A stretch of DNA of 64,000 nt, taken from assembly GCF_026571515.1 (NCBI RefSeq), contig NW_026862270.1, positions 1-64,000 on the forward strand, written 5' to 3'. Position 1 is the stretch's first letter, and each line of letters begins with the position of its first letter. Positions 39,759-53,300 of the stretch are shown here, piece by piece. This DNA is from Ruditapes philippinarum. Its lineage: Eukaryota. Position numbers and translations under genes: made by a program. The notes under the pieces were generated by a model. That model saw only the letters and a program-made list of their open reading frames with translations, made no database searches and was not told where the DNA came from.

Positions 39759-40831
39759 AAAAAAAGTTTGTCCAAATCAGGACGGTTAACCATTTTGATT
39801 GAATATGGTAACTTCAGGTGCATGAATTGATTAGTCTATAAATGTCTCCATTTTTCTCTTTCTAGAAAATTCTCCATTATTTCTATACTTCTATATAAAG
39901 GTTCATTTGGGTTAGATCAAATTAAGCTATTAATAGTGGTCTCAGGGGAATGTATAAAACTGCCAATTTATTCTGTAATTGCGCCAAATGTGAAATCTAT
40001 ACATACATACATACAATGTGCAATCATAATGTATGTAATTGCACTGGAGAATCAAGATAACTATTTACATGTATAATGTTAGTAATGACATTTTGCCTTG
40101 AATATAGACTATTAAAGGTCACTTTTCTATGTCAATAATGTAATGAAGGTCAAGATCATTTTATTTCATGTGGTCATGGTAAGTGGGGAAATATAATTAC
40201 TTTAACCTTGCCCATGTTATCATGGAGTTAAAGGATAACAAAATAAAAACATTTTCTACACATCTCTACCTTTATCGGTTTCATTATATGATGTCACACT
40301 GTTTTACTATAAAAGGGAAACTACTCAAAGTAAACTTTAGATTTACACATGATGATTAACCTCCCTTAATTTTTTATGATCTTTTTTAACTGCTAATTTT
40401 ATTAAAACAACATTTATTACATTGTGTAAGAATCACCGAGAAATAAGGAAATATAAAGATGCTTTTGCTTTATATTTTCAGTTACAATGATATTTTCAGA
40501 TATTAGAGGCTTTTGCAAATACATTTTCAGTTATTAAGTTTCTTTTGCTTTACATATTTCAGTAACTAAGTCACTTCTGCTTTATATTTTCCATTACAAA
40601 GATACATTTGATTTATAATTTCAGTTACAAAGATGCTTTTGCTTTATATTTTTCAGTTACAAATGGCAACTCACTATCTCTCAACAAGATTCTACTGAGA
40701 CTCTAAAAGGCTGAACTTTTCCAAACCAGGTATCCCAACAAGAAGTATAAAACAGTTCCTTCTTCTAACCATTCAAAACATTGTGATATGTACCAAAATT
40801 CAGAAATTTGAACAGGAATTCCTGAAACACA

Positions 40832-41995
40832 ATGGAAGAAGAGGATGAAGCCAATCTTATGGCTGAGTTAGAAGAGGAAACTGATGAAGCTGTGAAGCAT
40901 CAACAAAATGGAGAGTCAGCAGAGCCAATTGATGATGACATTCAACACACAGTTGGGCAACTACTGCATTCCAAGTCCAAACAGAGACATAACTTGGTAC
41001 GTAAAGATTCAAAAAGGGACTTAAGTATAGAGGATATAGTGAGTAAAGCTCTGCAAGCAGAGAGAAACCATTGGAAGGAAAGGTTACAAATGTCAATGCA
41101 TGAGATTGACAGACAACATAAAGTCATACTAACTACACAAGGTGGATTACAGGAATTAGTAAAGTCACTGAAACATTCAACAATGAAACATGTGGTGTTT
41201 AACGAGGAAGAAGAAGACGACGATAGCAATGATGATCTTGATCATGAAGTGGTTACAGCAAGACTGATGGAAAACTTGAAGTTTCAGGTCAGACAGTTAA
41301 GAGTCAAAGCTGGTGTGTCTGAGGTCTCCAAAACAGAAATTGAAGAAAGTAAACAGAAGCATAGAATGTTGGTGAAAGAGTTAAAAGCAAAGGCTGAGAG
41401 TCTTCAAGATGAAAAGGAAACACTGGAATTAGATCTACGTGATAAGAATGAAAAAATTGCATTCCTGACAAAAGAAAATGCTGCACTTTACAGGCAGTGT
41501 CAGAAACTACAGAAGATTATAGCCAAATATAATGAGACTCACTGTGGAGCTAATTTCCATCTCAATGCTATGGACAAACCAAAAGAGACCTTGTATGATA
41601 AGAAACGTGAAAAGAGGTATTCCACCACTTCTTATGACTCATCTGAAAGTACATTAAGTACAGTACGTGAAAGAACGTATGTTGAAGGCGATCAGCTTGC
41701 AACATATCCCTCCTCTCTTGAAGAATCAGCCATCATAAAAGACAGACTTAAGAGAAGTATCTACTCAGCAAGAAATGGTGATTACAGATCTAGCAATGTG
41801 GCACAGTGCATTAGGTGTCAGAAACTGTTCAAGCCAGTTGAAAATACACACAAGTCATGTCAGTTTCATCATAAAGGAAGAGAGATAAAGGAAAAATTTC
41901 AAGAGAATGGAAAGCTTGAAAAAGTATTGTATAAATGGTCTTGTTGCAAAAAGCCATTGGATTCTCCTGGATGCTGTTATGGTTTCCACATTTAG
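40832..41995 (+). CDS. Single-exon coiled-coil protein with C-terminal CHORD-like Cys/His zinc-binding module
   Basis: 387-aa ATG ORF; acidic N-terminus; heptad-rich region LMENLKFQ...LQKIIAKY; C-terminal CxxC-x13-CxxH-x24-CC-x8-Cx4H containing WSCC and PGC. Confidence 0.88.
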   Translation: MEEEDEANLMAELEEETDEAVKHQQNGESAEPIDDDIQHTVGQLLHSKSKQRHNLVRKDSKRDLSIEDIVSKALQAERNHWKERLQMSMHEIDRQHKVILTTQGGLQELVKSLKHSTMKHVVFNEEEEDDDSNDDLDHEVVTARLMENLKFQVRQLRVKAGVSEVSKTEIEESKQKHRMLVKELKAKAESLQDEKETLELDLRDKNEKIAFLTKENAALYRQCQKLQKIIAKYNETHCGANFHLNAMDKPKETLYDKKREKRYSTTSYDSSESTLSTVRERTYVEGDQLATYPSSLEESAIIKDRLKRSIYSARNGDYRSSNVAQCIRCQKLFKPVENTHKSCQFHHKGREIKEKFQENGKLEKVLYKWSCCKKPLDSPGCCYGFHI

Positions 41996-42473
41996 TTTGA
42001 AATTTATTTGGAAAAAAAGCCTTTATACTTTATATAAGTTTGTAGATAATGGTATAGCACCATACCTAAGTCTATGAAAATTGGTTCAAAGTCATCATTA
42101 TAGATTTGACTATATTTATAAAACAGTAGAATATTAAAATGTATGAGCAATTTATGTAACTTAGTTGAGATAACAAGAAATATGTTTTGGTAAAAACCAA
42201 CATACTGAACTTGATATGAAACTTTTGCTGAATATAATAATATTCTGTTATGAGACTTAAATTGATCTACTGAATATAAGAATATTGGTAAAAGCCATGG
42301 TATGAAACTTTGCTAACTATAAGAATACTGGTAAAAAGCAATACATTTGTATCATGAAACTTTGCTGAATATACATGATGATTGTGGTTATTATGAAACT
42401 TTGCTGAAAATAAGAATCTTGGGAAAATATTGGGGAAAAATCCATAGTATGAAACTTTACTGAATATAATAAC

Positions 42474-42833
42474 TTGTATCATAGTTTGGGGACCTTTCTG
42501 TTGAAAATGTGTCGGAGTTAAATTGTTTACATATACATGCACAGTACTGGAGTTAACTGGAGTGCAGGTATTAGTTACCCGCACTCCAGAGCATGTCCAT
42601 TGATTGGCTCGTTTTTGCTGGGGTTTAATTATTGTGACGGCAGAGAAAAGGAAAGCGACAGAAATATCACATTCAGATACTCCTTCATTGGTTACTTTTT
42701 TCTGGGACAACAGGGAACGTGTTTTTATTTTTGATTATGATACAAAAGATAAAGAACATCAAAATACTCGGCAATCTGATTTATACTCACGGGGACAAAT
42801 CAGTTAGCCTCGTGTTTTGATGCTCTTTCTATT
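42474..42833 (+). mobile_element. Hairpin-rich non-autonomous element, copy 1
   Basis: Inverted TTGTATCATA/TATGATACAA motifs; internal stem CTGGAGTGCAGGTA..TACCCGCACTCCAG; ~32-bp terminal stem at 42751-42828; inverted copy at 55157-55525. Confidence 0.8.
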
Positions 42834-44678
42834 ACATAGATTTGTTAAAGCTGTGGTATCAAACTTTGTGTGAACATTAGAAAATAATTTTGTTAAAGCC
42901 ATATGATATGAAACTTTGCTGAATATTTGCAAATTTATTATAGTTGTTGTATATGGTATTTCGGATACTTTGCTGAATATATGAAAATTTGTTAAAACCA
43001 TAGCATGAAACTTTGCTTTAATGTATGAACATCTGTAAATACCATAAAATTCTCTTATCCCCCATTTAAGCTTTCTTGTTGGTCACAATTTAAATAGACT
43101 GTTTGTTAATATTTGCACAAATTCACATGTTGGTCAGGGTAGAGTGTTTGATTAATTTTTCCCATCATATATTTTTGCTTCAATTAGTGTGAATGTGATA
43201 TTGTAAACTGATTTAATAAATTTTACAGACTGTTTAAATCTTAAAAGTTTATATCATTGCAAAAGCTTCAATTTCTTAACATTCTTAGCTTCACTTTTCA
43301 AAGAAGGAAGTGGAGTTAATATAGTCTCATCAGGGTTGGTTTAATCTGTTCATTAATATTCATTTTTCTCAGAAACTAGAAACTTCACTTCAAACTTGCT
43401 ATGCATGTTCATTAACATAAAAGAATGCCATTTAAAAGAGCAAAATATACCAGATTTTTTTTCCAAAGTTATGCCCCCTTTTCAACAAGGACTTTGAGCC
43501 CTGGTAAGCCTTTTTGTTTTATGTTCAGGTCCATTTTCTCCAAAGCTATCAAAGTTATTCCCTTCAAACATGATCATTATGAAAACAAACACCAAAATTT
43601 CTAAAATAAATTTTGGCAAGGTGTAGCCCTTTTCTTCTTTAATTTGATTTAATTTTTTTTTTTGCTAAGGGTAATTGCTACAAAATGTAATAGATTTCAA
43701 ACTTTGAACACCCTTGTCCCTTGGCTACTTCTTTTTATTTTACTACCCAGCCCCAAGAAAAGTGGAAGGTGCTGTCAGGGAACAGGTGTTGTTTATAATT
43801 GCAATTCTACATTTTATAATCATTTTATAATAGAAATTTTTTATGTGTTTCTGTGATCCATAATGTATATTGAATATACTTTTGTCTGTACCATAGTTGT
43901 TAAAAAAAATCTGTAATGTGAAATTGACTGTGATTGTTTTTCTTCGAGAATTAAATTTATCTTTTTGAAAAATTGGATTGTTTTGATTTAAGTAAAATGA
44001 ATAAATACCACATTTATTCCTAAAATAATCTGCTGAATCTGTGTCACTGATCAAGCTTTGAATTTTTGACCATTCATTCCAAGGGATTTTAATATCACAA
44101 TACAGAAACTGAGATGTAACAGTATAATGTAACAATACAGAGCATGGTCAGACTTTTTTCCTGTGCAATCACAACTTCCACAACATTTTGTTTTTTTTCA
44201 TTTGGTCGCACCAACACATTATAGGTTATCTGGCTTACTGGTGGATGAAGACTTCATGTGACCTTATGTGAATTCATTAGTGCACAATCTAGAGAGTTGT
44301 GTGTCTTTTGAAGCCAAGAAATTTGATTGTCACATACCAGTTTGTCGTCCCAGTGGAATTACATTTCCTTAATGTCCATATCAGGTTCCTTCATTCTAAT
44401 GGTGATAATAAGATCAAGGGGATAACTTTGTATGAAAAAACAAAACTATAATACTCACTGCTTCTAGACCCTTGTCGATTACAAATCATAAATAACATTG
44501 TCGAAAATTTTGATATATTAACTTCTAATAAGTTTTTCCTTACTTCAATGTTTCAAGCTTAATATTTTTCTTACAATATAGATTTATTACATTAGGCACC
44601 GTATGTTGAAGTAGAAGCCTGAAAATGGCTTAATGGATGTTAACATTTCTGCAAGTACAAATTAACTTTAAGCAAAAT

Positions 44679-45358
44679 ACAAGCGCCTCATGATGGCCAA
44701 TTTCATGTTGGGACAAGTTTTGTGACAGACGGACAGACAGACAGACAGTGCACGACTAGACTTGGTACTGATCATTCCTGTAAAGTTTGGATAAAATTGC
44801 ACCAGTAGTTTATGAGGAGTAGTCTGGCAACACACAGAAAAAACACCTTTTTATCAAAGGGCCATAACTCGACCAAAAATCATTCAACCAGAAAACCCGT
44901 GCAATATGCACAAGGACTTGAGCTACAGATCAATCCTGTAAAGTTTCATTGAAATTGCATTAGTGGTATAAAAGAAGTAGTCCGGACAAACTTTAAAAGT
45001 AAAAATTATTTAAGGGCCATAACTCATTGAACCGGAAAATGCTGACCATATGCACAACTAGACTTGGTACTGATCATTCCTGTAAAGTTTGGATGAAATT
45101 GCCCCAGTAGTTTATGAGGAGTAATCCGGACAAGTTTTGTGAGGGACGGACGTTCCAACATTTTGGCTTTAGGTGCTATTTTCTTTGTTATTTTCTTTGT
45201 TTTCTTAAGGGCTACTAGCCCCTAAACCCTTTGATTACGGAATGAACCTTTTGTTCTCTTTTGTTCTCTTTACTGTTATATAGCCCCTAAACCCAAAATG
45301 TTTGCTCGGACAGACAGACAGACGACGTGACCACTACTCCGTAGAGGTGACACAAAAA
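44679..45358 (-). mobile_element. Degenerate HINE
   Basis: ACAAG end, GGGCCATAACTC and CCTGTAAAGTTT core motifs, (GACA)n, GGTGACACAAAAA end. Confidence 0.65.
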
Positions 45359-47369
45359 CCATTCTGCATGTTTACTACCTTAAATACTTATCATTTAAAT
45401 ACCTTGATAATTATTGACAATGTTTCTTATAAAGGAAGCAAATATTGTCTTTCTTTTTAAAAGCACCTTATACATTAAAAACAATCAAATTTTTTTTTTG
45501 ACCAATTCCATTTTAAATATCTTATAATGAATATATCCATCTTTTTTCAATAGGAATCAAACCATTCATCATTTTTAGCAAAATTTCAGAAACTGTACTG
45601 ACTAAATAGCGAACAGTTCAAATCATGGACATGCCGGCTGAACCTGGCAAGTACTGGTGAAATTATAAAATATCTGGCCACAATTAAGCACTGGGTAATG
45701 TTTAAAGAATGTATACCTGACAAGATATTACAATGTGTTTTCTATGTATTGGAGGTAAGCATATACTGTTACAACAATACAATTTAACATTGATTTACAT
45801 AAACAAAACTATGGCAAACACCTTGAAACAATGTATCGTGTCATTTCCCACCAAAACGGCTGATTCACTTCAAACATTTTATGTCTGAATTAAACAGACT
45901 AGACCCAATGTTCTTTATAATACCGGCAATAGATGATATATCATTTGAACACTTAATGCAATAATGTCGTAAATAACAAATCTTAAATGAACGTATTTAC
46001 AACATTTTTGCAACAAGTCTTTGATGTTGTAGATATCATTATATGCCATACTCCAAGTTCAACGAGATACACAATAGCTGTTATGTACAGCTATACATCT
46101 GATCAGCTCCAAATCAATTGTTCCAATCAAACTTCAGTAAAACAATAGAGTTAACGTTTCAAAATATTGCAGTTCTACAGTTTACACCCCTGGTTGAATT
46201 GGGGAAAAAATTTGATTATATGTCAAGAGAAGATGTTTTAATATTTGACTGATCTGTATCTCTAGTGATCTACAATTGTAGACTGTGACACAAGATTTGT
46301 ATAGGTATAGACTGTGTCCCACTAAAACAAAAATTCACCAATGATAAATGTGTTTGCAGACAAAATCTTTGAAGTGACTCTACAATAATGATTTTTTTTT
46401 CATCATGGATTTGTGAAATATTTCATACATACAATTAACAAACTGATTAGTTTCTGAACGCAAATTTCAAACTTGTTTAAATAAATAAAAAGTGAAATCA
46501 ATGTTCAGGCTAAATCTGATTGAAAATATTCTAAAACAACGGAAAAAGTATTGATTAAAGCAAAAGTTTATCAACATTTGTTGAAATAAATGGAAAAGGA
46601 AAAGCTGAAAAAGACAAAAAGGAATGGTACAGACTTGGAGTTCATTCTTGCTATTGTTGATTATAAATGTTTTACTTTAATTTTAGAGACATTCTATATG
46701 TAAAATGCATCAGCAAGATCATAAGAGTTAATCGATAAAGGGTAAAGAATAAAGCAATTTAGCTGAAAAAAGGAAGTAAAGGGACAAAATTTCAAGTAAG
46801 CCCTAAAAAAAACAAGTTCAAATTGAAGGAAAATTTAAAGAAAACGAGGAGAAAACAAGTTTCAATTAAAGGATTATTTCATTGACATTAGGAAAACAAA
46901 TTAAAAAAAGATTAAAGGACAATTTCTAAAAGCAAGTTTTAGTTAAAATACAATTTCAAGAAAATCAGGAGAAAGCAAGTTTTGATTAAAGGACAAATAA
47001 ATGGAAATCTGGAGCAAGCAAGTTTTAATAAAAGATTTTTTTTAAGGAATTTCAATTACTTCTAAAGGATTGAGTCTAGATTCAAGAAAAAATGCAAAAA
47101 ATGAAAGAAAGTCTGGAGCAAAGGACAAAATGCAGAGAAAGCATTGTAAATAAAATTACACAATAAATCAAAGTTACGTCAAAATTATTTGAAAAAGGAA
47201 TGCTACAAGGCATCTTTAAAAGAAGATTTTAATCATTCTTGAAAATATTTCATATGATTAACCAGACATAAAGGTTTCTACTCACATAAAACAGCATTTT
47301 CAAACAAATTTATTTAAACAAAAGATTGAATTTAAGGAAAAGTAACTAACATATATAAGTTTGTTTAAA

Positions 47370-50300
47370 ATGAATGATATACAGAAGAAAGTGTTGAGAA
47401 ATCATCATGGTGACATACTAAAGAATCTGGTATTAGATCAGGATATGCTGGGATACCTGCTACACAAAGATATCCTTACAGAAGCTTCAGTCCAGACTAT
47501 TCAGGTAAAATACAACTTTAAAAAAAAAAAAAAAACTTTACTAAAAAAATTACAACAATTTTCTGTGTGTTTTATTTGGATATGAGGATAGAATAACAAA
47601 CTTACTTAAATCTATTTCAGACTCACAGTTTATTGCAAACATTCTAAGAAAACTTCATTGCATTAAAGGCATATGCTAGGGTAATATAGTCAGGGGCATG
47701 ACTTATGCAACTTAAATTGTAGTGGTCAATACAAGCAAAAGTCTAAGCTCTTGGCACTGTAGTTTCACAAAAGAAGACTTATTGGCGTCCGCGCCGAAGC
47801 GCGGCGCCTATTGGAATGAAATGAGATTTTGTGAAAGGGCGACAGCAACTTCTCGAGCCTTTTATAGTTGCCAATAATAAAAGCCGATCATTCCGATCGG
47901 TATGAGGGTGCTTGATTGTTAATTAGTCGCGATATGTACAATGAATGGCAAACTGGAGAATTTCGCAATGCAAACATTTTCAAATGAAATAACCTTTTCC
48001 GTCAATAAATCGCGCTCTTCGGGGTATTTTTGCTTATCATTTTGTAGTACACAGTGGGTTATTATGGTATGTTATTCCGAAAGCTGTTAATAGAATGATG
48101 AGTTGATGACCTTAATATTCCGAAAATCTATTTATAGAGGGATGTACTCCTAGGTAATTCCTGGTCTCTCCCGGGATTTACTAATGACCGGCGAATAGTA
48201 CCACAATTGTCCGGTCTCTCCCGGTTTTGGAGTAGATATCGTTACAGAACAGAACAAATATTTTACAGATAAATAAGCTTTTTTTCAAAATGAATGTTTG
48301 TCACTTAGTTTGGTTACAATAATTAATAAACACAGATCAACTCTCGAATTGATTGATTATTATTATACATAAACATACAATTCGAAAAAAAAAACCAACA
48401 ACACAAATCGCATGTTATATTTTATCTATATGAGATAAAAACAATAAATATGTACAATAATTGAGAAAAACTGTACATTTTTATGGCATTAATATGACAC
48501 TATCAACTTTAAAACATTTTATATAATTTGTTATTTGTGTTTAGTAAAGATTCCGAGGAATTATTCAAAGTTACAAATCAGATTTTATGAATTATTCAAT
48601 TGATTGATAATTTAAAAAATGATAAAGAAAAATACAAATGTACATGTATATGGTTTAAGAATAAACAATATTATAAATTGAAAGATTAACCATGATTTAC
48701 TGACTTTTTCCAGTTAAGTTTTGACTTATAATCGTCGATCATTATGACAATTGAATTCTTAAAATAGTAGTAAACGTAAAAACTCAGTATTAAAATAGCG
48801 CATAAAACACACACAAAAAAAGAAAAGAAAACAATATTCATAAAATCTGTATTTTTTTTTTATTAAAATAGAAATTACATTTATTGTATAATAAACAATT
48901 ATGCTCAACATGATCAACATGGTAATATAACAAGTGTCATATTGTTACTTAGTGTGAACAGATACCTTAAGAGGGGGTCCTCGTTAATAGCAATAACATA
49001 ATAAGGGACAATTACACAAGTATGGTGTTGATCATGCGTTACACATATGGATTATAAATGATTGTATACATGTATATCCGTTGCTATTAATAACCACGAT
49101 CATAAAGAAATAACAAGTAATATTCTAATTTCTAGCATGCCAATCAAAGTTATAAATAATGAACAATGTCTTTCGTCCGTTCATTCAAAAGTGATATACA
49201 ATTCTGGTAAAACCCAATGAACCATTGAAAAGTTTATAAGAATATCTTGTCATCATATATCTACTAGTTCATCTGCACGTGCTGTTTGGACGCCCTTTGA
49301 TGCTTTGCATCAATGCTTTTCTTGTATGTATTTACCTATACAAGTCTATTTAAACTAAGTTACCTTGGGGCAAAGCCAGTTTTGACAAAAAGGGCATGAT
49401 TTATAGAACTTTTGTAAAAGACCACTAGGTGATGCTACATGCCAAATATCTAAACTTTAGGCATTGTACTTTCTGAGGAGAAGTCTTTAGTATTTTTACT
49501 ATAGACGGCTATATAAACTAAGTGACCCAAGGGTGCAGCCAATTGTAACCCCATGGAAATAATTTCTGTAACTTTTGTACAGATCCATTTGACAAATCTA
49601 CAAGCCAAATATCAGAGCTCTGAGGCATTGCAGACTTAAATGTATTTTCCTATGTAAAGTATGTAAACTAAGTGACCCCCCAAGGTGCCATTTTTGACAT
49701 CATGGGCATAATCTATAAACATTTGCAGAAGACCATAAGGTGATGCTACATGCCAAATAACTAAGCTTTGGGTATAATTGTAGTTTCTGAGAAGAAGATT
49801 TTTAAACATCACATTTTTTGAAGTTTATTTTTAGCTCCTGTCACAGACTAGAACTATTTATATATTTTTGTAGAGGATCAGCATCTGTAATGTTTAGTCA
49901 AAATCCATCAAGTGGTTTAGGAAGAGATGTTGTTTAAAGAAATTGTGGACAATGAAGCTGGACACACTGCCATCACAAAAGCTCCCCTCTGAGCACTTTG
50001 TGCTCTGGTGAGCTCAAAAGTCTAACTACTTATAATTTTGTACAAACACCAGAATTTAGTCAGATATATGAAAAACAGAAAAAATAAGGAATTGCTAACT
50101 TTGTTTGTGAATAATCTGCACTTGAAATAAGCAAATTTTCAAACTCAAAGGCATGAAACTCAAAAACTAGGTTGGTGAACCTAAAGTGTTTTTTTTCACT
50201 TCAAATTAATATAAAACATTTCTGCCAGATCTCAGATCATGTAAAGTTTAAATAAAGTCTTTGATAGTTTTCATTTAGCTATATGTAACCATAGCATATG

Positions 50301-53300
50301 CCTTTATAATAATAATATTTAAACAATTTCTCATATATTTTGTTGCTTTGCTAATTTAAACACTTTTTTGGTAATATCTCAGCAGTCGGTCACGACCAAC
50401 TTTGGCCTGTAGACTAAAGGGTTCATTTGATACAACACACATCCTCTGTGACCTTTTGATCTCAAAATCATTAGGGGTTATTTTCTAGTTATGACAAACC
50501 TTCACACCACATCTTACGACTGTAAGCGAAAAGGTTCTCTGGTTATTAGTCGAACAATCTAGAGGTGTGACCTGATGATGTGACATATCTGTGCCATTCA
50601 AACATTATTGATGTACGTGCAATTCTTAAATTTCTTAATGAAATTTCATCATATATTATTACTGCTGCCTGCATACAACAGGATATTTTTTGTATCATTG
50701 AAAGCACTATTTTTTTTATTTTTTCCAGGCAAAATCCAGTCAACATGAGAAGATAACTGAGTTACTACTGTTGCTGCCTAAACGTGGGTCAAAAGCTTTC
50801 CCAATCTTCTTAGAGGGTGTCAAAAAATATTCTCCCTTCCTGGGCGACAAACTTGAAATGAACTATGAAAAAGGTAAGAAACAATAGTTTTAATCTAAAA
50901 ATGTTTGTAAATGTTTATATTATGTACATTGTATATTTGATAGAGACTCATAGGGAAGACTGGGCATGCCCAACTATGTTGCCTCTTTAAATAAAGTCAA
51001 TAAAGTCTTTATTATTATTATTATTACTTATTGAATCAATGTATACAATGGCATGAGTAGATAATAATAAATTGTTTTAAAGGGACTTGACACTTAGGTC
51101 TTTTGGCATGACGGGACTGGAAATAAAAAAATTTGAGATTTATGTCCAATTTGAAGTAAGTCTGGACCAATCACTTTAAATTTGTTCATTTACTCACTCC
51201 CTTTTTTCCAAAATAATAACCATATAAAATGACCACAAATTGAAAAACCTTCCACACTTTTCACATATTGAGCTACAAATACCACAAAAATATGATTTTC
51301 AGTTTTATCTGAGTAACATATTTCATAATTATCTTTTGCATATCTTTTTGTTTTAAAGTGGCCTACTTAATCTTTGTAAAAAAAAAATACAATCAAATGC
51401 TTTGTTTTTATGCTTTTGGACCTCAATGGAATTCCTTTAATTAATCCCTAAAATCTTTTATTAAAGGCACATTATGCCTCTTTCTATCTGAGAGGAAAGG
51501 GAGTGTAAATACACTAAACTTATATGTTGCTTTAACATTAAGTTTTCTTTTCAAATGCTTTTCAGAACAGAAACTGTTTACCTACGAGCACAAAGACACT
51601 CATGACACTTCAAAGGAGACCGTTGATAATGAGAACAACACTGCAAAGCCTTCTAAACATCAGGAGAAAGCTTTCGAAAAGACCTTCAAGAGCAAGGAAA
51701 TCTCTGAGCGGCGGCACTCCCTGTCGGTCTCAACCACAAACCACGCAGTGTCCTCAAACATGCCACAACAAACACTGAACAATATGTACACCAAATTAAA
51801 GTCCCACCTTCATAAGCATTCTCATGTAGATTCCGAAGCTATAACACCTGAACCTATTACCATTAAGATGGTGGACAAGCTTCTTGATGACATCTGCACT
51901 CACCTTGACGAGCACGAGATGACATTCTCTCAATGTCATGCGTTGCTAGGAGGGAGGGACAGGAACTATCCCCTAGTCTCACACATTATAAACTTGCAGA
52001 AATCAAAGAGACAACTAGAACAAGATGTGAAGGAAAAGGATGTACAGAAGAATAAATATGCTGATCATATCAGTAAACTGGAGAACAGATGTAGGAACCA
52101 GGTATCATTTTTATGTTTTCAGTTATATCAGGGTTCAAACAGAAATCTGTCAACTAAATTTAAGCACTTTTCAATGACTTCTTTAGGTCAATTTTGCATT
52201 TTCCAGTAGCTTCTTAGCAAACAATCAAAGTGTGAAGCAAAGATTTCTATCTAAAAGCAATTGTACCCTCCAGACACCTAATCTGCATTTTACTTGAGGG
52301 TGTTACCTCTCTCATTGCTTCTCTAATACTCTATGCTTTTTTACTTTCTCCCACACATGTATACCATCTACTTCAAATATCTTCATGCATACCCACATTA
52401 GCACTCGGGACTGTGCATTCCAAACATTGCTTTATTTGATAACCGATTAATAGTCCTTTTCAAGGACACACTCAATTCAAGCACTTTTCAAGACATAGAT
52501 AGTTTTCAAGCACTTTTCAAGACCAGTGCATACTATGGTTGAAGTAAAAACCATTAAAGCAGGCATAAAATAAATCTAAGAAATCAGGAATTACAGTTGT
52601 ATTCTTGTTAAACCATAATGACAAAATGAATGTTGAATGAATTTTGTTTTAGTTTGAAGTCATTCCACAACTTGTTTTATTGGATTGCCAGGTCCATTTT
52701 GTTAATGTACATTAATATTGGTTTTATAGGAGTTACTTTCCCTCGAAAAGTTTCATGCAAAAAACCAGTTAAGCATTGAAATTGGTTAAATGAGATCAAT
52801 TAGTAAATAAGATAATGATAAAGACAAAAAATAATCATTTAAAAGAAATTCCTTTGTAAAATTATGTTTATAACTTTTTTCTAAATGTTTTCCTGTCACC
52901 AATAGGCACCTCAGTAAAATCAATGACATTGTCTTAGATAACTACATATTTTCATCTCATACGAGAATTCAAAAGTCCCCATTTTGTTACATTTTCGCAT
53001 CCACACATCTTACTGTTAAAACTTTATTCTTTACAGGCAACAGAAATCAATCACTTGAACGAAGAGATTAAGAAGTTTAAAGAAGAAATTGAAAAGTTAC
53101 AAGCTATTAATTCTGAAAGAGAAGAAAAACAAAAGATCATAGATGAGCTAAGAAAAATGGTGATGGATGCAGATACCACCAAGAAAAGTAAACTAAGAAG
53201 TTCTTATTTAGCCTTACATTATGACACTAATAGCACAGAAATTAAACAGTTAAGAGCAGAGGTAAGAAGCTTGAAGCTTGACAATGAAAACTTAAAGACA

